Origin: Bdellovibrio sp. | GTDB taxonomy: Bacteria > Bdellovibrionota > Bacteriovoracia > Bacteriovoracales > Bacteriovoracaceae | Assembly: GCA_016187935.1 (NCBI GenBank) | Contig: JACPIU010000005.1 | Location: 64,885 to 96,884, forward strand | Direction: 5' to 3' | DNA: 32,000 bases | Shown here: piece after piece, positions 25,225 through 32,000 of the stretch | Numbering within the stretch: position 1 is the stretch's first letter | How the letters are laid out: each line of letters starts with the position of its first letter | Translations under genes and position numbers: made by a program | Notes under the pieces: generated by a model | The model's database searches: none | Told to the model about the DNA's origin: nothing | Seen by the model: the letters and a program-made list of their open reading frames with translations, nothing else

Positions 25225-25494
25225 TGAATCTTTGATTGTATCGATCCTATTGGAGATATTAGAGGTCTTTTGCCAAAAAGGAGGGGGTTTATTAGCACAA
25301 AGCTGAAACGTGGTGGCCAAAAGAGATCGCAATTATTCTAGCTCATTTTGCATTCCAAAGAGTGGTTAAAGATCAAAAAGATAAGATGGCATCAAAAGTT
25401 GTGACAAAAATCTTTGGTCATTTAAGAGGAATGCATTGTCTTTAAAACAGCATAAAGGCCAAATTAAAAGGACCGTTTAAGGAGAGGTTGATTC

Positions 25495-26001
25495 TTGATG
25501 AAAATAGTTCTAGTGGTCTGTATGATTTTTCCAGTAATTGTATATTCCTGGCAATTTGAGAGGTCGAAAATGCCATCAAAAGAAGAATTGAAAAAGATAT
25601 TAACACCAATTCAATATGAGGTTACCCAAGAAGAAGGGACGGAACGCGCTTTTCAAAATGAGTATTGGGATAACAAAGAAGAGGGGATTTATGTTGATAT
25701 TGTATCGGGAGAGCCGTTGTTTAGTTCCAAGGATAAATATGATTCGGGAACTGGTTGGCCTAGCTTTTCAAAACCATTGGTCAAAGAAAACATCGTGGAG
25801 AAAAAAGAGCGACGTTTCTTCAGCGTTCGGACAGAAGTAAAAAGCAAGTTTGCGAATTCTCATCTCGGGCATGTCTTTCCTGATGGGCCTCCCCCCACAG
25901 GACTTCGCTATTGCATGAATTCAGCCGCTCTGAAATTTATTCCAAAATTAAAGTTGAAAGAACTTGGATATGAAGAATTCTTAAAGGATTTCAATAAATG
26001 A
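25495..26001 (+). CDS. msrB: Peptide-methionine (R)-S-oxide reductase MsrB, with N-terminal signal or anchor
   Basis: [17 protein letters not shown] and [11 protein letters not shown] motifs. AAGGAGAG SD. The start could be TTG 25495 or ATG 25498. Hydrophobic N-terminus [17 protein letters not shown]. Confidence 0.85.
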   Translation: MMKIVLVVCMIFPVIVYSWQFERSKMPSKEELKKILTPIQYEVTQEEGTERAFQNEYWDNKEEGIYVDIVSGEPLFSSKDKYDSGTGWPSFSKPLVKENIVEKKERRFFSVRTEVKSKFANSHLGHVFPDGPPPTGLRYCMNSAALKFIPKLKLKELGYEEFLKDFNK

Positions 26002-26633
26002 TCTTTTCAAGGTTTTTTAATTATTGTCTCATGATAATAATCTCAATCTTGATATCTGACGAAGCTATTGCTGTTAATACGGATGAAAAAGAAATGGCGA
26101 TTTTTGCCGGCGGTTGTTTTTGGTGTATGCAACCGCCGTTCGATAAACTAAAAAAACGTGGCGTGATTTCGACTCGTGTGGGATATACGGGCGGTATAAA
26201 AGAAAATCCCACTTATGCAGAAACGTCATCCGGTACCACCGGCCACCGTGAAGCCATTGAGATAATCTATCATCCTAAGAAGATTAGTTTCAAAGAACTT
26301 TTAGAAGTGTTTTGGAAGAATATTGATCCTTATGATCCCAAAGGGCAATTTTGTGATAAAGGAGAACAATACACCAGTGCAGTCTTTGCTGTGAATGAAT
26401 CACAGAAAAAAGATTATGAGAATTCCATCAAAGAGCTTGAGAAAATCAAGCTGGAAAAGAGCAAAATTGTCACACGGCTTTTGCCTTTTAAAAAATTTTA
26501 CCCTGCCGAGGAGTATCATCAATCCTATTATGAGAAGAATCCAATTCGATATAAATATTATCGTTTCAATTGCGGACGTGATAAACGGCTGAAAGAAATT
26601 TGGGGCCCAAGCACTAGTCCATCGACGGAATGA
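25998..26633 (+). CDS. msrA: Peptide-methionine (S)-S-oxide reductase MsrA, with N-terminal signal or anchor
   Basis: ATGA overlap with msrB. Active-site motif GGCFWCMQ, followed by [12 protein letters not shown] and YHQSYY. Hydrophobic N-terminus [20 protein letters not shown]. Confidence 0.85.
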   Translation: MIFSRFFNYCLMIIISILISDEAIAVNTDEKEMAIFAGGCFWCMQPPFDKLKKRGVISTRVGYTGGIKENPTYAETSSGTTGHREAIEIIYHPKKISFKELLEVFWKNIDPYDPKGQFCDKGEQYTSAVFAVNESQKKDYENSIKELEKIKLEKSKIVTRLLPFKKFYPAEEYHQSYYEKNPIRYKYYRFNCGRDKRLKEIWGPSTSPSTE

Positions 26634-26722
26634 AGTTGATCTAAAAAAATGTTCTCGATGAGCATGTTTTCCATCGGCTTCACTCTGCCACAGGCATTCA
26701 GAAGAAGACATTAAAATACCAG

Positions 26723-26752
26723 TTGACGTAATATACCTAGCGGTGCTATGTA
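26723..26752 (+). promoter_or_regulatory. Possible sigma-70 promoter giving a leaderless padR-family transcript
   Basis: TTGACG (26723-26728), an 18-nt spacer ending in TGC (extended -10 like), then TATGTA (26747-26752). ATG 26759 lies 7 nt downstream and no SD is present. Confidence 0.3.
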
Positions 26753-26758
26753 TATTGC

Positions 26759-27094
26759 ATGGTTGATTATTTAACAAATTGGAAGGCACAAATCCGTAGA
26801 GGATATCTTGAGCTGTGTATTCTGATGCTCATTCAGAAATATGAAAGGATCTATGGTTTCGATCTGTTGGAAAAATTGAAAGAGATTGATCTTGAGATGA
26901 AGGAAGGGACCCTTTATCCGCTATTAAATCGTATGACTACGGACAAGGTTCTTAAAGCCGTTTGGGAAACTGAGAATGTGAAAGGCCACCCCAGAAAATT
27001 TTATTCCCTTACCAAAGAAGGAATAAAACTCTTGCATGAAATGAAAAACGAATATATTCGAATGAACGATATTTTTGAAAAAATTGCAAAATAA
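26759..27094 (+). CDS. PadR family transcriptional regulator
   Basis: GYLELCILMLIQKYERIYGFDLLEKL...EGTLYPLLNRMTTDKVLKAVWE...PRKFYSLTKEG is a canonical PadR winged HTH. Confidence 0.85.
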   Translation: MVDYLTNWKAQIRRGYLELCILMLIQKYERIYGFDLLEKLKEIDLEMKEGTLYPLLNRMTTDKVLKAVWETENVKGHPRKFYSLTKEGIKLLHEMKNEYIRMNDIFEKIAK

Positions 27095-27108
27095 ATCAGG
27101 AGAAATCT

Positions 27109-28020
27109 ATGCCGCATGAACCAAAATTAGAACAATATCTTGCCAACCTGGATAAGGCCTTAGGGCAGATTCCAGTGAGTGATAGGGCCGATATTATTAC
27201 CGAAATCAAAAGTCATATATTAGAATCAGTGGAACGAAATCCTGATCAAGGTCTTGACCAAACCTTGGCGGCGCTTGGAGAACCTGAAACAGTCGCCAAT
27301 AGGTATTTGCTCGAAAGGGGTCTGCGCCCCGGACGACCGACCAAGAGTCCAATGGTCAAATGGTTAACCATAGGTTTTCTTGGCACTCTTGGCATGATTT
27401 TACTCTTCTTAATTATTCTGGTTTGGAAGTTTTCTCCCATCATTAAAGTCGATGAAAAGAATGACAGAGTTACTATTCTTGGTGGCCTGATAGATGTTAA
27501 TGGTAATGCGGGAACAGTAAGAGTTGGTGAAACTTTTAGTGAAAACGACGATGCAGAGATTTTCGATGGCGCGAAAGATCTTGCCGGTACAAATTTGAAC
27601 TCGATTTATATGGCATTTAGAAATGGAAAGCTCAATGTTTTCCCTGCAGTCGATACGCAATTGCGTTGGAGTTGCAAGGCCCGCGGGGAAAAAGATAAAT
27701 CGTTTTTATTAGATGAAGGAAATAAGATAATTTTGAATTTTGCAGAAAAGAGCGATGTAAAATGTGATTTACATATTCCTGCCGGCGTAACCTTCGTGGT
27801 GGAAGGAACAAATGGGAAACTAAATTTTGAGTATCCGCATTTTCGAATAGATGTCAGACTTACCAATGGAGATATCACTTTTATACCGGCCAAAGATAAA
27901 AAATATAAATTTGATACAAATATTGTTAATGGCAAAATTGGTGGACTGGACTCTTCTTCAGCGGAAGATGCTTTGCTTGTAAAATTTTCTCTTACAAACG
28001 GGAATATCTCCGGTCTGTAA
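27109..28020 (+). CDS. PadR-associated membrane protein (DUF1700/HAAS-like N-terminus, TM, beta-rich DUF4097-like ectodomain)
   Basis: EQYLANLDKALGQIPVSDRADIITEIKSHILE is typical of DUF1700/HAAS. TM WLTIGFLGTLGMILLFLIILVW. The C-terminal part is repetitive and beta-rich (NGKLNF, NGDITF, NGKIGG, NGNISG). Confidence 0.7.
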   Translation: MPHEPKLEQYLANLDKALGQIPVSDRADIITEIKSHILESVERNPDQGLDQTLAALGEPETVANRYLLERGLRPGRPTKSPMVKWLTIGFLGTLGMILLFLIILVWKFSPIIKVDEKNDRVTILGGLIDVNGNAGTVRVGETFSENDDAEIFDGAKDLAGTNLNSIYMAFRNGKLNVFPAVDTQLRWSCKARGEKDKSFLLDEGNKIILNFAEKSDVKCDLHIPAGVTFVVEGTNGKLNFEYPHFRIDVRLTNGDITFIPAKDKKYKFDTNIVNGKIGGLDSSSAEDALLVKFSLTNGNISGL

Positions 28021-28152
28021 CTCCCCAAGCAATGAAGTTCTATGATGATTAGACTAAGGGCTTTTCACTCGAATCATCGAGGGAAATCGCCAAGGAACTT
28101 AAACAAGCAGTTCTCGAATGTGACCGAACAAAAGGGAAGTTTTTTGAGATTA

Positions 28153-29055
28153 TTAATTAGCTCTTGCAATGACTTGGCCATCAATAATGTCGGAGAGACA
28201 TTTCTGTAGATAATCGTCAAATTTATAATCAAATAGGCTCAATACCCAAGTACTTACATGCAGATCAAAAGGGGCACCTATTTGGAACAGGCGTTTGCTC
28301 ACCATTGACTCTCTCGCCAGTTCGGCAGGTATCGCAACAACGGCCTTGCCATCTTCTGCGATTAATTTTAACAGATTAACATCATCAAATTCACCAATAA
28401 CATGCGGAGAGATATTATTGGTTTTAAAATAGCCTTCAAGAGCATATTGGGTATTTGAAGCTGTATTGTAGGCACAAAAAGGGACATTATTTAATGAAGC
28501 TGGAAAATCGGCAGTGAGCGGGACAAAATTTTTATTGCCTACAAAAACAAGTTGTTTTTTGAAAATCTCTTTATTTTTGAGTTTAAATGAATGATGAAGA
28601 ATCGGCCGATCAGACAAAATGACATCAATCACTTTTGATTCCAACTGACTTAACAAATTTGGCAAAGAATCTTGTGTGGACTTTAAGACAATGCGGCCTT
28701 TGTCCCAAAGCCCGCGGAAAATGCAATAGATATCACTTCTCATGAAGCTCGGGACAAACCCAACTTTCATCACATGGTTATTTTCCCGGAAATGATTTTT
28801 TACACCAAAAGTCAATTCATCTCGCAATCTGAATATTTCGGCCGCATAAGTTAAAACATTTTTTCCGATGTCATTTAAAATCAAGCTCTTGGATTTTCTA
28901 TCAAACAATGGTTCACCAAAATACATTTCCAGTTCTTTTAGCTGGTTACTCAAAGTTGACTGCGTAAGAGACAATTTCTCACAAGCGTCACGGATCGATC
29001 CTTCAGTGGCAATTGTATAAAAATAAAAAAGGTGATTTAAATTCAAATGTTGCAT
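28153..29055 (-). CDS. LysR family transcriptional regulator (NhaR-like N-terminus)
   Basis: Start set at ATG 29055, giving MQHLNLNHLFYFYTIATEGSIRDACEKLSLTQSTLSNQLKELE, which resembles the NhaR-type HTH. The ORF-track start at 29082 is a TTG without an SD. Confidence 0.8.
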   Translation of the reverse strand: MQHLNLNHLFYFYTIATEGSIRDACEKLSLTQSTLSNQLKELEMYFGEPLFDRKSKSLILNDIGKNVLTYAAEIFRLRDELTFGVKNHFRENNHVMKVGFVPSFMRSDIYCIFRGLWDKGRIVLKSTQDSLPNLLSQLESKVIDVILSDRPILHHSFKLKNKEIFKKQLVFVGNKNFVPLTADFPASLNNVPFCAYNTASNTQYALEGYFKTNNISPHVIGEFDDVNLLKLIAEDGKAVVAIPAELARESMVSKRLFQIGAPFDLHVSTWVLSLFDYKFDDYLQKCLSDIIDGQVIARAN

Positions 29056-29346
29056 TAAAGCTGTCCCCATTTGCAAATGCAAAACATTAAAAAGAGGTTC
29101 AAGTAGACGCGTAGCGCCAGCATGTAAAATTTTTCCATAAATTTATGTATATTTAATTACTTATATATCACATTTCAACTCAATATGGGATGATTTCCCA
29201 CAGTTAATTTAATGCGATTGGTAATTCTTGAACGAATACTTACTATTTGATTTTAACAAAGGCAAGAATAAAATTTAAACTTTCTGATCTAAATCAGGCG
29301 GTTGATCGTATTATCTCAGTTATACCTTTGATATATTTAGTCTTAA

Positions 29347-30423
29347 GTGAATAGTGAACAATCGAATAATCCATGCATAACCAATCTGAAGATTTTTTCA
29401 GAGAAATGCCTATATGGAACCATTTATAAGTATTCCCCTCTGGGAATAGAAATCTATAACAGTGCCGGTCTCTTGATAGATGCGAACGATGCCTGTCTCA
29501 AGATATTTGGTATTGATGATTTTTCCCATGTAAAAAATTTTAAACTGTTTGAAGATCCGAATCTTACAAGCGAGATAAAAAAATTATTACAGAAAGGTGA
29601 ATCAGTTCGTTATGAAATGGTTTTTGATTTTGAACTCGTTAAAAAACAGAAACTTTATCCCACCAAGCGAAGTGGAGAGATTTATCTGGATGTGACGATT
29701 GTTCCCAGCCAGCAAGTTTTTGCTGATGCTGCAGGAGCTTATGTTGTGCATTTGCAGGATATTACTGAACGCAAAAAAAATGCCGATTTAGTTGCTGTCG
29801 CCCTTCGGGAGAAGGAAGTACTGTTAAAAGAGATTCACCATCGGGTAAAAAATAATTTGCAAATCATTCAGAGCCTGCTCAGTCTCCAATCAAAGAATAT
29901 TTCCGAAAGAAATATCAGTGGACTGTTTGATGCGAGCCGAGGACGTATTTCCACCATTGCTCTTATTCATGAGCAGCTATATCTTTCGTCAGACCTGGCC
30001 TATATCGAATTCAAGGAATATCTGAAAAGTCTGATGGAAAAGATTATGGCAAATCACATAGAGGATAAGGTCATTTTCTCGCTCGATATGGAAAATCTCA
30101 TTCTCGATGTAAATATCGCGATACCGTGTGCTTTAATTTTAAATGAGCTGGTTTCGAATGCTCTCAAACATGCTTTCCCTGATGGAAGAAAAGGTTTGAT
30201 TTCGGCCGGAGTTTGTAAAATTAGAGAAGGAATGCTCGAGCTTACAGTGGCAGATAACGGAGTCGGTCTTCCTGCTGAAGTCGAATTGGGTAGCATCAAA
30301 ACCCTTGGACTTGAGGTCGTTAATGTTTTAACCAAACAAATTGGTGGCAATTTAAAAGTATTCAGGGGCAAAGGGACGAGATTTTCTATCACATTTTTAA
30401 ATAAAGGAACGCGAAATGGATAA
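29347..30423 (+). CDS. Cytoplasmic PAS - HisKA_2 - HATPase_c sensor histidine kinase
   Basis: H-box EIHHRVKNNLQIIQSLLSLQ (HisKA_2 type). N-box ILNELVSNALKHAF. G-box VADNGVGLP. There is a PAS-like N-terminal half and no TM. The GTG start is uncertain. Confidence 0.8.
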   Translation: MNSEQSNNPCITNLKIFSEKCLYGTIYKYSPLGIEIYNSAGLLIDANDACLKIFGIDDFSHVKNFKLFEDPNLTSEIKKLLQKGESVRYEMVFDFELVKKQKLYPTKRSGEIYLDVTIVPSQQVFADAAGAYVVHLQDITERKKNADLVAVALREKEVLLKEIHHRVKNNLQIIQSLLSLQSKNISERNISGLFDASRGRISTIALIHEQLYLSSDLAYIEFKEYLKSLMEKIMANHIEDKVIFSLDMENLILDVNIAIPCALILNELVSNALKHAFPDGRKGLISAGVCKIREGMLELTVADNGVGLPAEVELGSIKTLGLEVVNVLTKQIGGNLKVFRGKGTRFSITFLNKGTRNG

Positions 30424-31006
30424 AAAGCGGATTATGGTTGTAGAAGATGAGGCCTTGATCGCATTGGACATCAAAAACAACCTCATCAGGCTGGGATACG
30501 AAGTTCCCGCAATCGTGGCCAGTGGTGAAGCGGCCATTCGTTGTGCCGAACAAGTGATGCCTGATTTAATTCTGATGGATATTACTCTGGATGGTGCAAT
30601 GAACGGTTTAGAAGCCGCTATCTCGATCAACAAGGCCTTTGCTATACCTGTTGTTTTTCTAACCGCTCACTCTGACAATGAAATGTTGAAGCTTGGGCAA
30701 GCGGCGGGTGCTTATGGTTTTCTGCCAAAACCTTACGATGCTCGCGCTCTCAAGAGTACCATAGAAATGGCGCATGCCCGTTTTCAGGATATGGTTGAAA
30801 TTCGACGTCTCAATGAAGAATTGCAACAATCAATCGATAAAGTAGAAAAATTGCGTAAACATCTTCCTGTCTGCTCCTGGTGTAAACAGGTTCGTGCAAG
30901 CGATGGATCATGGCATGAGTTAGATCGATATCTGACCGATAATGCCGAGTTTCAATTCACCCATGGCATTTGTCCAGTTTGTAAAAAAACAATTGCTCGA
31001 CCATGA
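30416..31006 (+). CDS. Response regulator: REC domain, coiled coil and C-terminal 4-Cys module
   Basis: 8-nt overlap with the kinase gene. REC motifs are IMVVEDE, DLILMDITLDG and VVFLTAHSD. The C-terminus is CSWCKQVRASDGSWHELDRYLTDNAEFQFTHGICPVC. No HTH is recognisable. Confidence 0.8.
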   Translation: MDKKRIMVVEDEALIALDIKNNLIRLGYEVPAIVASGEAAIRCAEQVMPDLILMDITLDGAMNGLEAAISINKAFAIPVVFLTAHSDNEMLKLGQAAGAYGFLPKPYDARALKSTIEMAHARFQDMVEIRRLNEELQQSIDKVEKLRKHLPVCSWCKQVRASDGSWHELDRYLTDNAEFQFTHGICPVCKKTIARP

Positions 31007-31168
31007 TTATAAAATCATCTCTGCTTTCTTTTACTTTTTTCCCTAACCAAATGAATTATTGGCCATGATCTTTGCTACTTTTTGCAAGAGTGTTTCTAGT
31101 CATTGCAACAAATCCAATGCGCTGATTAAATTATCCTGAGTTGTCGGGGAATTAAAAGAGGAAAAAGC

Positions 31169-31501
31169 ATGAAGCAATTTACAGTCAAAGTCAGGGAAAA
31201 TTTACTAAAGCGAAGAGCGGACTTGTTTGAGTTGATGGACAAACGACAAAAGGAAAGAACCTCCAACGGAATTACCCTTGAGCAGGATTTAAATGAACAA
31301 GCTGCTTCTGAGCAAAATGATAGTATCATTGATGCTCTTAATGAGATTGAAAAAAAAGAGCTGGCCGAAATTGACAATGCCTTACGCAGGCTTGAATTAG
31401 GCAAATACGGTATTTGTGAAGTGGATGGTGAATTTATTGATGAAAAACGACTGATCGCCCTCCCATTTGCCAGGACTTGCACGCAGCATTCTGAGTCATG
31501 A
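31169..31501 (+). CDS. DksA/TraR family protein with a variant (C-D-C-H) zinc-finger position set
   Basis: LAEIDNALRRLELGKYGICEVDGEFIDEKRLIALPFARTCTQH matches the DksA/TraR C-terminal pattern. The SD is GAGGAAAAAG. Confidence 0.7.
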   Translation: MKQFTVKVRENLLKRRADLFELMDKRQKERTSNGITLEQDLNEQAASEQNDSIIDALNEIEKKELAEIDNALRRLELGKYGICEVDGEFIDEKRLIALPFARTCTQHSES

Positions 31502-31634
31502 CAGTCGCTCTATTTTTTGATGATGCTAAACAATAATGCTAATCAACTATATCAACGAGAAAATAACTCCTTGCCAATATAATACCTCCTTATTGAATTG
31601 AATGAGTATTAACTAAAATTTGAAAGGAGCGCTT

Positions 31635-32000
31635 ATGAGTTTAGAAAAGTTTATGAAAAAAGATTTTGTCATGCTGCCTGCTACATCCTCCCTCGTCGAA
31701 GTTGCGAAAGTCATGCTGGAAAAACATGTTGGAGATGTAATTGTTTCAAAAGCGAAAAATGGCAAAAGTGAAGCATACGAAGGTGTGGTCGGTATTTTAA
31801 CGGATAGGGATTTGGTTTTGGAATTTGCCAAGAAAGGGAAATTGGATCCTAACCGTACCGCTGGGGAATTTATTAAAGGGAAAGTTACAGTTGCGTCGGT
31901 GGATGAAGGATTAGGTTCTGCAATAGAAAAAATGAATAAGTATGGAGTGCGCAGAGTTCCTGTTGTGAACGCCAGCAAAAAAGTTGTAGGGATATTGTGT
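31635..32000 (+). CDS. CBS domain-containing protein, C-terminus beyond window
   Basis: Absent from the ORF track. AAAGGAG SD at 31623-31629, ATG at 31635. The translation is MSLEKFMKKDFVMLPATSSLVEVAKVMLEKHVGDVIV...GILTDRDLV...MNKYGVRRVPVVNASKKVVGIL, which shows CBS pair motifs. It stays open to the window end. Confidence 0.75.
   Translation, partial: MSLEKFMKKDFVMLPATSSLVEVAKVMLEKHVGDVIVSKAKNGKSEAYEGVVGILTDRDLVLEFAKKGKLDPNRTAGEFIKGKVTVASVDEGLGSAIEKMNKYGVRRVPVVNASKKVVGILC

Noticed and set aside
25225-25494. 270-nt gap upstream of msrB, checked for a small gene or riboswitch (a 19-codon ORF lies at 25386-25445; AAGGAGGGGG near 25288 has no start codon after it)
   Set aside because: I found no SD and start-codon pair, no conserved structure I can recognise, and no stable hairpins. 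It is left unannotated.
31060-31076. Sigma-54-like TGGCCATGATCTTTGCT upstream of the DksA-like gene
   Set aside because: The GG to GC spacing is one nt too long (13 instead of 12). Sigma-54 spacing is strict.
2346-31978. Numerous antisense or shadow ORFs in the track (e.g. 2346-2840, 12817-13221, 16263-16688, 22101-22472, 22309-22746, 26400-26789, 27606-28028, 31126-31482, 31613-31978)
   Set aside because: Each lies opposite a longer ORF with recognisable domains. They show no SD and their products are low-complexity or atypical in composition.
1-32000. Search for CRISPR arrays, tRNA/rRNA genes, IS elements, integrases, and long direct or inverted DNA repeats
   Set aside because: None was recognised by eye. 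The paralogy (MACPF x3, N0-N1 x2) is visible at protein level only.

Overview
Low-GC (about 35-45% by eye) Gram-negative-type chromosomal segment with no rRNA, tRNA, CRISPR, transposase or integrase that I can see. There are five parts. (1) 1-4050, minus strand: a B12-binding radical SAM gene (runs off the window), an unannotated 33-codon ORF just upstream of it, and a large lipoprotein with a C-terminal S8 (subtilisin-type) protease domain. (2) 4281-16850, plus strand: a 12.5 kb block in which six predicted products carry an N-terminal signal peptide plus a domain type more typical of eukaryotes, and the seventh (10590-11249) has only a hydrophobic N-terminal anchor. It holds three tandem MACPF/perforin-like paralogs (two fused to LRRs), a Hint (hedgehog/intein-like) protein, the small anchored protein, a roughly 1050 aa RCC1-repeat protein and an 818 aa ankyrin-repeat protein. 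Two near-consensus sigma-54 (-24/-12) promoters sit in front of the MACPF operon and the Hint gene. A third, weaker one points divergently at the S8 protease gene. (3) 17053-20578: a GC-richer (about 50-60%), translationally coupled gene pair. The first gene encodes a RyR domain, a helical-repeat region and a class III nucleotidyl cyclase. The second encodes a TIR domain, a TM helix and a YARHG domain. I consider this the best candidate for an undescribed nucleotide-signalling or conflict system. (4) 20546-25224: an M20 peptidase, a secreted GLVVSFP-repeat protein, and an ECF sigma / anti-sigma operon that continues into two secretin N0-N1-only proteins. (5) 25495-32000: exported MsrB-MsrA, a PadR-HAAS pair, an NhaR-like LysR regulator, a PAS-HisKA_2 kinase with a REC/4-Cys response regulator, a DksA/TraR-like protein and a partial CBS-domain protein. 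All domain calls come from motif recognition by eye; no database search was run.
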